A stretch of DNA of 64,000 bases. Origin: Candidatus Liptonbacteria bacterium (lineage in GTDB: Bacteria; Patescibacteriota; Minisyncoccia; UBA6257; 2-01-FULL-56-20). The position numbers were made by a program, and so were the translations under genes. Below are positions 9,781-18,880 of this stretch, piece after piece; position 1 is the first letter of the stretch; every line of letters starts with the position of its first letter. The DNA lies in the NCBI GenBank assembly GCA_023244895.1, contig JAHFLL010000001.1, forward strand, positions 404,741-468,740, given 5' to 3'. Under the pieces are notes generated by a model, which had not been told where the DNA came from, ran no database searches, and saw only the letters and a program-made list of their open reading frames with translations.

Positions 9781-10830
9781 CTATATTTTAACAATCTCCT
9801 CCCAGGGCAAACCTGCTTTACCAAAGTGCCCATAAGCCGCGGTCTGGAGATATATGGGGCGCAATAAATTCAAGCGCTCCATAATCGCGCGTGGACGGAA
9901 ATCAAATTTGGCCTTTACTAACTCCGCCAGACTCTCGCCCTTTTCATTTATCGCCTCCACCATCAAAGGCTCCGCCCGCCCGATGGCGTAGGCAACCGAA
10001 ACCAGGCACGTTTTTGCCAATCCACTCGCGACAACATTTTTGGCCGCAAAACGGGCCATGTAAGCGGCGGATCTATCCACCTTGCTGGGGTCCTTGCCGG
10101 AAAAACATCCTCCGCCATGAGGCAAGAGTCCGCAATAAGTATCCACCATTATCTTGCGTCCAGTGAGTCCTGTGTCTGCCTCAAACCCACCCTGCACAAA
10201 TCTACCCGTGGGATTAACTAATATCTCCAAACTGGAGACGTCTCCTATAATGGGTTTTATCAATTTATCCGTCAACTCTTGTTTGATAAATTCTTGTTCT
10301 GCCTCTTCCGAATGCTGTGCGCTTACTAAAACCGCGGTAATTTTTCCATTTTGGACGGTTATCTGAGTCTTACCGTCCGGTCTCATCCAAGACAGTCCGG
10401 CACGCCTCAATTTTTCCAAGCCCTCCGCGAGCGCGTGAACCTTCACTACCGCGTCTGGCAAATATTCCGGAGTCTCATCGGTGGCGTAGCCATACATAAT
10501 ACCCTGGTCCCCTGCTCCACCAGTATCTACTCCGAGCGCGATGTCTGGTGATTGGCGAACGATATTGGTTATTATTTTTAGCTCCTGTTCGTATCCGATA
10601 CCGCGATAAATTTCTTTTGCTATCTTTTCCGCGTCAAATTGGGCATTCGTGGTCACTTCTCCGCCCACGATTAAAGTTCCATGTCCGCCGAACGATTCCA
10701 CCGCCACCCTGCTTTTAACGTCTTCCCGGAGACATTCGTCTAGAATCGCATCCGAAATCTGATCACAAACCTTGTCGGGGTGACCGGAGGTCACGCTTTC
10801 TACCGTATAAGTTTTATCTATTACAAACAT
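9781..10830 (-). CDS. metK: S-adenosylmethionine synthetase
   Basis: ESVTSGHPDKVCD, GAGDQG, GGGCFSGKDPSKVDRS, TAAYGHFG. Confidence 0.97.
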   Translation of the reverse strand: MFVIDKTYTVESVTSGHPDKVCDQISDAILDECLREDVKSRVAVESFGGHGTLIVGGEVTTNAQFDAEKIAKEIYRGIGYEQELKIITNIVRQSPDIALGVDTGGAGDQGIMYGYATDETPEYLPDAVVKVHALAEGLEKLRRAGLSWMRPDGKTQITVQNGKITAVLVSAQHSEEAEQEFIKQELTDKLIKPIIGDVSSLEILVNPTGRFVQGGFEADTGLTGRKIMVDTYCGLLPHGGGCFSGKDPSKVDRSAAYMARFAAKNVVASGLAKTCLVSVAYAIGRAEPLMVEAINEKGESLAELVKAKFDFRPRAIMERLNLLRPIYLQTAAYGHFGKAGLPWEEIVKI

Positions 10831-10868
10831 TTATTTTTTGACTTAGTTTATTATATTGACTTAAAAAC

Positions 10869-10893
10869 AAAAAACTCTCTGCGGGAAAGAGAG
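10869..10893 (-). terminator. Riboswitch expression-platform terminator
   Basis: CTCTCT-ttcccgc-AGAGAG-TTTTTT on minus strand just after the aptamer. Confidence 0.7.
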
Positions 10894-10901
10894 CGACCTT
10901 G

Positions 10902-11060
10902 ATTATCTTTCCCTTACGGGTCTGAATTTAGCACCTTCTTCAATTTCGCTCGGGTTAGCTTGCCCTGAGTTTATCGAAGGGTTGCTGGCGGATCTCCGGG
11001 TCAGTTCCCGCTCTCCTTGCGCAGTTTAAACACAAGAAGGATCCCCGCACTCTTGATAGT
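10902..11060 (-). ncRNA. SAM-I riboswitch with enlarged P2 and P3
   Basis: TATCAAGAG...GGGAACTGACCC...CAGCAACC...AAGGTGCTAAATTC...AAAGATAA upstream of metK. Confidence 0.9.
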
Positions 11061-11120
11061 ATTCAGTTGTAGAAACAATTTTATACCATATGCGCCTCTG
11101 GTCAAGTGAGAAATGTCTAT

Positions 11121-11149
11121 TTGACGATATATATCATATATGTTATAAT
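11121..11149 (+). promoter_or_regulatory. Near-consensus sigma70 promoter
   Basis: TTGACG-17 nt-TATAAT. Confidence 0.8.
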
Positions 11150-11155
11150 CTAGAC

Positions 11156-11325
11156 AGATCTTAGATAAAGGATTGCCTCTTGCGGACAGATCGTGAAGCG
11201 AAATTTGTTTTATGTTTCGTGCTCCATGCTTCATGACGTGCTCGCAGGAGGCAAGGTCAGAATCACTGGCCAGCTAGAGGTGGTCGGGCTAGCTCTAAAC
11301 AACCACCTTCTGCAACAATCCGATA
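11156..11325 (+). ncRNA. Candidate structured RNA / 5' leader (unknown family)
   Basis: Long interrupted hairpin 11173-11254 plus potential pseudoknot 11272-11308, downstream of a strong promoter. Confidence 0.45.
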
Positions 11326-11502
11326 ATGTTTCAAGCCATCGGATTAGCGGCAGTGATTGTAGTCTTGGGGATTTTTATGCCGGACGTTTTGAACGCCTTG
11401 CAGAACTTCCTCCTGACTCTCCTGCAGCGGGCCACGTTGGTATTGGATTCGATTCAAACCCCGAATCAATCCGCCGACGTGTTCCGCACCATGCAACGCT
11501 AG
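11326..11502 (+). CDS. Small membrane protein (58 aa, MFQAIGLAAVIVVLGIFMPDVL...), not in ORF track
   Basis: Manual translation ATG 11326 to TAG 11502; hydrophobic N-terminus; followed by a terminator. Confidence 0.65.
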   Translation: MFQAIGLAAVIVVLGIFMPDVLNALQNFLLTLLQRATLVLDSIQTPNQSADVFRTMQR

Positions 11503-11519
11503 ACCAAGTGTTGCGAGCA

Positions 11520-11548
11520 AAACACCATTCCTCAGGGAATGGTGTTTG
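11520..11548. terminator. Intrinsic terminator
   Basis: aaacaccattcc-tcag-ggaatggtgttt. Confidence 0.8.
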
Positions 11549-11568
11549 TGCGTTTAAGCGGAATAAGA

Positions 11569-11901
11569 CTAATCTTTATTTACACTCCCCTGCACTCCCT
11601 CTGTTCTCGCTCTCTTTTGCCGTATTTTCTCCTTCAAAGATTCCAGCTCTCTTTCTAAGTCTTCTAAAAATTCCTTAGCGCCTTCACTGCGCTCTCGGAC
11701 TTCCCCGTCCGGCTCGCGTGGAGTTAGAATCCAGAAAATTATGTAAAACAAACCTCCTAGTCCATGGATTAAAAGTAAGGCCACGAATATCACTCTTACC
11801 AGGGTTGCGTCTATCTCGAAATGCTCCGCGAGTCCTCCGCAGACTCCGGCAATAATATGGTTTTTACGTGAACGATATAGGGTTTTTGGTTCCTTTGGCA
11901 T
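11569..11901 (-). CDS. pspC: PspC domain protein
   Basis: LYRSRK..IAGVCGGLAEHFEIDATLVR. Confidence 0.9.
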   Translation of the reverse strand: MPKEPKTLYRSRKNHIIAGVCGGLAEHFEIDATLVRVIFVALLLIHGLGGLFYIIFWILTPREPDGEVRERSEGAKEFLEDLERELESLKEKIRQKRARTEGVQGSVNKD

Positions 11902-11904
11902 AGC

Positions 11905-12939
11905 TCATACTATAATCATTCCGTCGCCGAAAGAAAAGAGGCGAAATTTGTGTTTAATGGCAAATCGGTAGATATTCATAATCTCTTTGCGGGAAGACAA
12001 AGCGGAGACCAGCATCAATAAACTGGATTTCGGTACGTGGAAATTGGTGATCAAACCATCCAGAGACTTGAACTTATAACCCGGTCGGATAAAAAGATCC
12101 GTCTCGCCCTTTTTAGGCATCAATTTCCCGGACTTTCCCGCGGCCGATTCCAATGTTCGCGCCACGGTAGTGCCAACCGCGACAATTTTTCTACCTTCCC
12201 GACGAGCCTTATTGATCTTCTCCGCCGCCGCCGCGGAAACAGAATATTCCTCCACGTGCAATCTGCCGGACCTCATATTTGCTTCGGTCACCGAAGCAAA
12301 AGTACCCAAATTTACGTGCAGAGTAGTAAGACATATCTCATGACCTTCCTCCCGCAAATCTTTTAACAATTTGCGAGTAAAATGAAGGGAAGCGGTGGGT
12401 GCCGCAACCGAGCCGGGTCTTTCCGCGAATACGGCCTGATATTCTCTGCGCAACTCTCTTTCTTTGAGCGGAGAATGTTTAATATATGGCGGAATCGGTG
12501 TCTTGCCGTACTTCCGGAGAATGCTCATAAACTTTCTTTTTGCAAAAAGGGTTTTCAGGTAATACTCTTTGCTGTTTTTGTTTTCTACTTCAAATCCGAA
12601 TTTATCCACGGTCAAGACCTCTCCCGGAATAACCTTCCTATCCATCAGAAACCTTAAGTCTCCGACAAATGTTCCCAAGTATAACCCCCTCACCCTGCCG
12701 CCGGTTTTTTTATGGAACTCCAAACGCGCCGGAACAACCTTGGTTTGATTCAAAACTAAAAGTGATTTAGGCGGGAGATACTTGGCAATATTCCTAAAAA
12801 CATCTACTGCTATCTTTTTAGTCTTTCTGTCGTAGATCAGAAGGCGCGCGCTATCTCTAGGATGCGCCGGTTTTTGAGCGATCAACTCCGCCGGAAACTC
12901 AAAATTATACTTCTCAAGCTCCGCCAAATTATTTTTCAT
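11905..12939 (-). CDS. queA: SAM:tRNA ribosyltransferase-isomerase
   Basis: ELIAQ.P, PIPPYI, GSVAAPTASLHF, VGTT, TNFHVPKS, FSFGDGM. Confidence 0.96.
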   Translation of the reverse strand: MKNNLAELEKYNFEFPAELIAQKPAHPRDSARLLIYDRKTKKIAVDVFRNIAKYLPPKSLLVLNQTKVVPARLEFHKKTGGRVRGLYLGTFVGDLRFLMDRKVIPGEVLTVDKFGFEVENKNSKEYYLKTLFAKRKFMSILRKYGKTPIPPYIKHSPLKERELRREYQAVFAERPGSVAAPTASLHFTRKLLKDLREEGHEICLTTLHVNLGTFASVTEANMRSGRLHVEEYSVSAAAAEKINKARREGRKIVAVGTTVARTLESAAGKSGKLMPKKGETDLFIRPGYKFKSLDGLITNFHVPKSSLLMLVSALSSRKEIMNIYRFAIKHKFRLFSFGDGMIIV

Positions 12940-13194
12940 CTAATCGTGATTCTTCTGCCACCAATCCCTTAAAAAACTTAGCGATAAGGTGGATAGTAAA
13001 TACCCCAAAACAGGCACGAAAGCTTTTAGCCAAGGATACTTCTCGCTAATTAAGACCAGCCATATCCCCGCCACTACATAGGTCGCGACAGATATAAATA
13101 TCCTTCTGGTCCAGCTGGTTTCCCAAAATTTATCCAATTCAACCCTTGCGTTCCGCTCCTTAATCAGTTGTATCTCCTTTTCTATGTCCATCAT
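12940..13194 (-). CDS. Small membrane protein
   Basis: ERN.RVE.DK.WETSWTRR then two TM helices; operonic. Confidence 0.7.
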   Translation of the reverse strand: MMDIEKEIQLIKERNARVELDKFWETSWTRRIFISVATYVVAGIWLVLISEKYPWLKAFVPVLGYLLSTLSLSFLRDWWQKNHD

Positions 13195-13200
13195 TTTAAA

Positions 13201-13914
13201 TTAAGTGGATGCCGCAAAATAAGTAGCTATAATAGCCGCCGTTTCCGCTCGTAAGGTCAGTTTGCCCAAGCTAATCACAGGATATTTGAGCGCCTTAACC
13301 AGGGCCAATTCTTTTTCCGTCCAACCGCCTTCCGGACCGACAAATATTCCCACCCGATCGGATTTAGCCAGCTTACCCCGCAAGGTCAGCGAATCTTTAC
13401 TACCTCCTCTTTCGTCAAAAAATATATTTAAATCGTTCTCTCTGGCTAGCGTCAGGGCCCCTTCCAGACTACGGGACTCCAGAATCTCCGGAATGGATAG
13501 TCTACCGGACTGCTCCGCCGCCTCCTTGGCAATCTTACGCAATCTTTCCAAAGAAAGACCCAGCTTAACCGTCCTTTCCGAGATAACCGGAACTATTTCC
13601 GAGGCGCCCGTCTCGGTCGCTTTTTGAACAACCAATTCAAAATTGTCTTTTTTGATTACCGCCGCGAAAAGGGTTATGTATTTTTTAGGTTCGGATCCCT
13701 CGTCTACCGGTCGGATGCTTTCAAAAACAACCCCACTCGCGCCTAACTCTGCTATTCGAACTAGAACCGCCCCGCCCTTACCATTCCCCAAAACTACCTC
13801 TTCCCCGGGACCAAGCCGTAGAACGTCCCTTATCTGATGCACTAAGCCCGGCTCAGAGGCATCCAAACGGTGCTGGCTTAGATCAAAATCGCCGATGAAG
13901 CGGTGTATTTTCAT
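13201..13914 (-). CDS. rsmE: 16S rRNA m3U1498 methyltransferase
   Basis: HQIRDVLRL, QKATETG, EAAEQSGR, VGPEGGW, LRAETAA; ATGA overlap with upstream gene. Confidence 0.95.
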   Translation of the reverse strand: MKIHRFIGDFDLSQHRLDASEPGLVHQIRDVLRLGPGEEVVLGNGKGGAVLVRIAELGASGVVFESIRPVDEGSEPKKYITLFAAVIKKDNFELVVQKATETGASEIVPVISERTVKLGLSLERLRKIAKEAAEQSGRLSIPEILESRSLEGALTLARENDLNIFFDERGGSKDSLTLRGKLAKSDRVGIFVGPEGGWTEKELALVKALKYPVISLGKLTLRAETAAIIATYFAAST

Positions 13915-14510
13915 GCTAGAGGGTTGTCCCATTTGACTCTTTTTTTGGACGGTTCGCTCCACCACAAGAACAGATACAGTAAGAATAACGCCAGAAAGTT
14001 AAACAGCAAGAAGGCCGGGGTCCCCCAGTCTATGCCCTGCGCGAACCTCCATTCTGAGATTGGCCAGAGAACCGGAGTCGCGGAGTATTCGTAGCTATGC
14101 GAAGGCACGTCTATCAAAATATGAAGCCCCCAGCCCAACATTGCCCAGAGAGAAGAACTGCGCCGAGCCTTTCGTCCCGTGAATAACCGGTAGAATAGAA
14201 CCACAAGAAGCATGGCGACGCAGAAAACAACCAGGCTATGACTTAGGCTATAGAATATGCGTGTTATGGTATTCGTGTCTACCAAGCCCAACTGTCCGTG
14301 TTGCGGTATTTGAGAATAATTTATTTTCCCGCTTACCAAATTCCACACATACACGGCCCACACCGGAGCAAAAACCACTACGTCCGGGAAAATGCCCCAC
14401 CCCGCCGTGAGTATTGGTCTTACCCGTAGATGTTTATGCTTAACTTTAAGATGACGGTTGGCTAATTGCGCCAAACCGGCTGACCAGAGAGCATGAGAAA
14501 ATATTTCCAT
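13911..14510 (-). CDS. Membrane-bound metal-dependent hydrolase (YdjM-like)
   Basis: SH, FPD, SHS, HILIDVPSH motifs with TM helices. Confidence 0.7.
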   Translation of the reverse strand: MEIFSHALWSAGLAQLANRHLKVKHKHLRVRPILTAGWGIFPDVVVFAPVWAVYVWNLVSGKINYSQIPQHGQLGLVDTNTITRIFYSLSHSLVVFCVAMLLVVLFYRLFTGRKARRSSSLWAMLGWGLHILIDVPSHSYEYSATPVLWPISEWRFAQGIDWGTPAFLLFNFLALFLLYLFLWWSEPSKKRVKWDNPLA

Positions 14511-14933
14511 TTATTTTTTTGTTCCTAGAAAGCGATTGACCAAAACAACCAGCAGGGTTACGAAAATTACCAAGACTATCACAGAAGACAAGGAGTTGTT
14601 ATATATATCAACCTGTCCTCTGCCAAAATCAATAACATTTTCTCTTATAAACCACAGCTCGTCTAATATTAACCCGATAGCTACCGCGATAAGTGGTAGT
14701 TGCAGCCAGCTTCTCTTTCTCTCGAACAACATAAGAATCGCGGAAAAGATCAAGAGAGATACTCCGTAGTCAAAGTGGTGCAGTTCGAACCCGAACAGTT
14801 TAGGATCAAAATCGCTGATATGAATATATATGCCAATTCTCGTAACAACTATCGTCAAGCAGATAAGAGAAACGAAAACTATGATCCTGTGATGAATCTC
14901 CAGCTTCTCAAATTTATCAATAAATTTTTTCAT
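14511..14933 (-). CDS. Hypothetical membrane protein
   Basis: 4 TM helices; HHF.YG and GLILDE motifs. Confidence 0.7.
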   Translation of the reverse strand: MKKFIDKFEKLEIHHRIIVFVSLICLTIVVTRIGIYIHISDFDPKLFGFELHHFDYGVSLLIFSAILMLFERKRSWLQLPLIAVAIGLILDELWFIRENVIDFGRGQVDIYNNSLSSVIVLVIFVTLLVVLVNRFLGTKK

Positions 14934-14934
14934 A

Positions 14935-15627
14935 TTAAAGTTCGTAAATCACATCTTTTCTCTCTACCACGACTTGCCAATTGTTCTTTCGCGCGACGCG
15001 ATATAAAAGAGAGTTGGGATTAAAACATATCGGATGTTCCACCATTTTAAGAAACGCTACGTCTGACTCCGTATCCCCCACACCCACCGAACCCTTTAGG
15101 GTTAAATTCTCTTTCTCTATGGCACGCTCCATAATCTTAGCCTTATCCATTATTAATTCCTCGTACTCAACCTTACCGGTAAATCTTTTATTCTTGTCTA
15201 ATTCCAGGATTCTGCCGTAAACCTTATTAAAACCCAGAGCGACCGCGAAATCATGCACGATATATTTAGGCGAATGAGAGATTGCCAAAAGATAATAGTT
15301 TCTATTTTTCAACTCCCTAATCAAATCACGGGTGTATCTATAAACTTTATCTTTATTGGCTCGTAATACTGCCCCTGAAGTCTTTTTAAATTCTGCTAAC
15401 TTAACTCCTTTTATATTCTTGCCGAAGACCCGCACCACACCCATTATGTATTCTTCATATCCGCCTACTCTATTTTGCCAATCATCTTTTTTTTGCAGAT
15501 ACTCCCGCTGAGTTTTTGGCGGAAAAATACCGCGGGCGATCATCTCATCCACGAGCTCAATTAGAAGACTGGAACGAAAAATAGTTCCGTCTATATCAAA
15601 CACCGCCAACTTCATTTTTTTTTGCAT
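14935..15627 (-). CDS. HAD-IB family phosphatase
   Basis: FDIDGT, ISHS, K, GDTESD motifs. Confidence 0.9.
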   Translation of the reverse strand: MQKKMKLAVFDIDGTIFRSSLLIELVDEMIARGIFPPKTQREYLQKKDDWQNRVGGYEEYIMGVVRVFGKNIKGVKLAEFKKTSGAVLRANKDKVYRYTRDLIRELKNRNYYLLAISHSPKYIVHDFAVALGFNKVYGRILELDKNKRFTGKVEYEELIMDKAKIMERAIEKENLTLKGSVGVGDTESDVAFLKMVEHPICFNPNSLLYRVARKNNWQVVVERKDVIYEL

Positions 15628-16101
15628 CTATTTAAACAGATTGGCGAAACCACTAAGCAACCGTTGCCAGACCTCCCCCGAAACGCTCATCATAAAAGCT
15701 CCTAAACCAACCAACGTTGCGCCAATAGCCGCCCGCCAGGTGAATGGATCTTTTAGTACCAGAACGGCAAGAATGAAAACAAACAACAGGCTTAGTCTAT
15801 CTATCGCGGCTACCGCCGGAGCGGGACCGTGTTTTAGGGCGTAAAAATAGAATATCCAAGAGAGAGCTCCTGCCGCGCCTGCCAGAACTATCCAAAGCCA
15901 TTCCCGGTCGCTTACGGAATGCCAGGTAAAATTTCTGAATTTGCCGAGCAAAATAGCCGCAAGTAAAGTAATCCCCGCCATTACTACCGCGCGCAAAGCG
16001 GTGGCGAGGGTTGAATCTAGTTTAGACAGACCTATCTTGCCGAAAATAGCTACCAATGCGGCGCAAATCGCGGAAAGTAATGCGTACCAAAACCAATTCA
16101 T
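15628..16101 (-). CDS. EamA/DMT single-domain transporter
   Basis: AALVAIFGKIGL..DSTLATA.R, SWIFYFYAL, IDRLS. Confidence 0.85.
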   Translation of the reverse strand: MNWFWYALLSAICAALVAIFGKIGLSKLDSTLATALRAVVMAGITLLAAILLGKFRNFTWHSVSDREWLWIVLAGAAGALSWIFYFYALKHGPAPAVAAIDRLSLLFVFILAVLVLKDPFTWRAAIGATLVGLGAFMMSVSGEVWQRLLSGFANLFK

Positions 16102-16163
16102 AGTGGATATATTATGCCAAATTTAAACCGGATTTACCACGTCTATGGCGCAACTTAAAACGT

Positions 16164-17387
16164 TTATTTTTTAAGCTTTTCTAAAACATCTTTTTTAAAG
16201 TGCTCAAACTGATCATCCTTTATCGCCTGGCGCAAGCGCGCCATAAAATTACCGAAAAAGAAAACGTTATGCATCGTAGCTAATCGGCCAGCCTGCATAT
16301 CTTTTCTCTTGAACATCTGTTTTAACATCGCGCGCGACATATCCGGGTTGGTGCAAACCGGGCACACGCAAAGCTCGTCTAGCGGTCCTTCCGGATCCGG
16401 TAAAACGCTTTTCATAATATCTAAGTGGCCCCTCTCGGTCCAAATCCGGCCATGCCTGGCCTCGCGAGTGGGTATCACGCAGTCAAAGGTGTCTATTCCC
16501 GCTTCCACGCCCGCCAAAATATCCTCCATTTTACCGACCCCAAAAAGATGGCGAGGTTTACTCTCCGGCAAATTTTCTATAGCCCACTCCACCATTTGGG
16601 CTGTTTTGGCCTTAGTACCTCCGTAAGCATCTCCGTAGGTGCTGCCGATAGCGAATCCGTCAAACGGCATTTTGCCAATTACGCTGGCACTCTCTTTCCT
16701 CAAGTCTTCAAAGGCGCCACCCTGCACCACGCCATACATGGCCTGATCCGTAGCGTGGGCCTCAAGCGACCTCTCTGCCCATCTATGAGTCCGCTCCATA
16801 GCTTGCTTGGTATAGGCGTAGTCGTGAGCTGGGGAGGTAGGTTCGTCAAAAGCTACTATAATGTCCGCCCCCAACTGCTCTTGTATCTTCACGGATGTTT
16901 CCGCATCTAAATACATTTCTTCCTCCCCACCAACTACCTCCTCCATCCCATCTTCTCCCGGTAGTACGGGATGGAAATAAACTCCGGCTTCGGTCACGCG
17001 CACTAAACTCTTTTTTTCGGAAAGAGATTTATTTTCATCCGACTTGCTTCCCCCTCGCCGCATATTATTTTCGTAAAGAAAGCCCAGACTGAAAACTTGA
17101 AAGCCGCCGGAGTCGGTCATAATTGGTCCTTTAAAACGCATTACTTCATGCAGGCCCGGATAGTCATTCAGTCCCTCGTCACCCAGATCCCGCCAGAGAT
17201 GGTAGGTGTTTGAGATAATCATTTGGACGTTGGCCTCCTTTAGATCTTCGGGGGTTAGCGTACGCACTTCCGCGTGCGTTCCCACAATAACGTAAGCTGG
17301 AGTTTCTACTAAGCCGTGCGCGGTCTTTAAAATACCCGTGCGAGCATGAGTGTTTTTATCTTTCCGCTCAACGTCAAAGCTGAACAT
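16164..17387 (-). CDS. tgt: tRNA-guanine transglycosylase
   Basis: NTYHL, TDSGGFQVFSL, VQGG, DTFDCVIPTR, C.C..C...H zinc site. Confidence 0.95.
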   Translation of the reverse strand: MFSFDVERKDKNTHARTGILKTAHGLVETPAYVIVGTHAEVRTLTPEDLKEANVQMIISNTYHLWRDLGDEGLNDYPGLHEVMRFKGPIMTDSGGFQVFSLGFLYENNMRRGGSKSDENKSLSEKKSLVRVTEAGVYFHPVLPGEDGMEEVVGGEEEMYLDAETSVKIQEQLGADIIVAFDEPTSPAHDYAYTKQAMERTHRWAERSLEAHATDQAMYGVVQGGAFEDLRKESASVIGKMPFDGFAIGSTYGDAYGGTKAKTAQMVEWAIENLPESKPRHLFGVGKMEDILAGVEAGIDTFDCVIPTREARHGRIWTERGHLDIMKSVLPDPEGPLDELCVCPVCTNPDMSRAMLKQMFKRKDMQAGRLATMHNVFFFGNFMARLRQAIKDDQFEHFKKDVLEKLKK

Positions 17388-17390
17388 GCG

Positions 17391-17831
17391 CTAATTTATA
17401 ATATCCACTAACTCTATCGTGAACTTTAAAGTGGAATTAGGAGGGATGGGACCAACCGCATTCGGACCGTATCCCATTTCCGGCGGAATAGTGAGCTCGC
17501 GCTTACCGCCGACCTTCATACCTTCAAAACCCTCATCCCAGCCCTTAATGACTTGCCCCGCTCCCAATTGGAAGCTAAAGGGCTGCCTACGTTCATAGGA
17601 ACTATCAAACTGCGTCCCGTTAAGCAGAGTACCGGCATAGTGAACAGATAAAGTGTCGCCCATCTTAGCCTCTTTGCCGTTACCCACTGTTATTTCTTTT
17701 ATAATTAATCCGTCTGCCCTAGTAATCATTGCTGTTTGTTGATTATTTTTCTGTGAGTTGATCCAGCCTTGGCTCTGACCTACGATTATTAGAACCGCGA
17801 TAAGAACCACAATTCCGCCGATTATTCTCAT
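17391..17831 (-). CDS. FKBP-type peptidyl-prolyl isomerase (membrane-anchored/secreted)
   Basis: VHYAG, FDSS, GQVIKGWDEG, IPPNSTL. Confidence 0.95.
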   Translation of the reverse strand: MRIIGGIVVLIAVLIIVGQSQGWINSQKNNQQTAMITRADGLIIKEITVGNGKEAKMGDTLSVHYAGTLLNGTQFDSSYERRQPFSFQLGAGQVIKGWDEGFEGMKVGGKRELTIPPEMGYGPNAVGPIPPNSTLKFTIELVDIIN

Positions 17832-17847
17832 TTATATTTTTAGATTT

Positions 17848-18198
17848 TTATCTGACCCTACTGCCCGGTTCGACTTCCTTTTCCGGCATGAGTATCTTGG
17901 GTAGCCCATCGCTTCCGCTCGCGGCTAAAAGCATTCCCTCGCTTTTAAAGCCCATTAATTCTCTTGGTTCTAGGTTGGCAACTATCACTATGGTTTTCCC
18001 AATAAGCTCTTCCGGCGCGTACGCCTTGCCTATTCCAGCTACAACTTGCCTTGTCTGCGGCGCTCCATCCTCTCCCAAGTCTCCCGCCTCCAACTCCAAG
18101 CGAATCAATTTTTCCGAATCCGGCACTCTCTCCGCGCCAAGCACTTTCGCGGTTCTGAGTTCTGTCTTTAAGAAATCATCTATGTTTATTTTGTCCAT
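17848..18198 (-). CDS. Stand-alone tRNA-binding OB domain (MetRS C-terminal/Trbp111-like)
   Basis: RQVVAGI, VANLEPR..G.SEGMLLAA. Confidence 0.9.
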   Translation of the reverse strand: MDKINIDDFLKTELRTAKVLGAERVPDSEKLIRLELEAGDLGEDGAPQTRQVVAGIGKAYAPEELIGKTIVIVANLEPRELMGFKSEGMLLAASGSDGLPKILMPEKEVEPGSRVR

Positions 18199-18240
18199 TG
18201 TTTGCAGAAATAGTATCATTGGGAGGTACTTTAAACAAGC

Positions 18241-18840
18241 ATGGAAACATTTTTAGGCTTACTTTTCGGAGACTTCGCTATTTATCTTCCTAAAATAGTA
18301 TTTTGGGCGAGCTGGGTTGCGGCGGCATACTTTTATTTCATACCCCGACCACGCGCTATGAGATGCCTTGCCATCTTTCTGGCGAGTTTTCGCTTGCTTT
18401 ACGTCGGTTTTCTCATCTATGGCCAACACTTTATTTGGTCCCAAAACGAATTCACTAAGTTCTTCGTGGAATATCAGAACGGAAGCTATTTTAGCGAGTA
18501 TGCCTGGGTCCACTTCGGACTGAATGCCGTCCTTTCCATAACAGGAGCGCTTCTGTTTTGGACGCTTCTGCGTTCTCTTAAATCTTATCGGGAAAGGTTT
18601 TTCTATGAAGGAGAGACGGAGCTGGGCTTGGTCTTAGCGCTTATCTGCGGCTGGCCAGGAATATTGATCTTTATCTGTTTTAGCTTAGTGATGGTTGTCC
18701 TGGTTTCTATTTTTAAGATACTCTTCACTAAGGAAAAGTACACCACGCTTGGCGTACCTCTCCTCTTGGCCTGCCCCGTTGTTCTTCTGGGCTCCGTCGC
18801 GTTGGTTGACGCCCTCAGACTCGGCGCCCTCAAAATCTAA
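18241..18840 (+). CDS. Multi-TM protein, degenerate prepilin-peptidase(A24)-like C-terminus
   Basis: GE..LG....CGWP...LGVPL resembles A24 GD.KL...GW..PF.P. Confidence 0.55.
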   Translation: METFLGLLFGDFAIYLPKIVFWASWVAAAYFYFIPRPRAMRCLAIFLASFRLLYVGFLIYGQHFIWSQNEFTKFFVEYQNGSYFSEYAWVHFGLNAVLSITGALLFWTLLRSLKSYRERFFYEGETELGLVLALICGWPGILIFICFSLVMVVLVSIFKILFTKEKYTTLGVPLLLACPVVLLGSVALVDALRLGALKI

Positions 18841-18880
18841 TCCAATCCTTCCTTTCGGAATTTGGTGCTTGGGATTTGTC

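Noticed and set aside
11193-11678. 161-aa plus-strand ORF
   Set aside because: Runs through a structured leader, a terminator and pspC; the 58-aa ORF in another frame is more protein-like.
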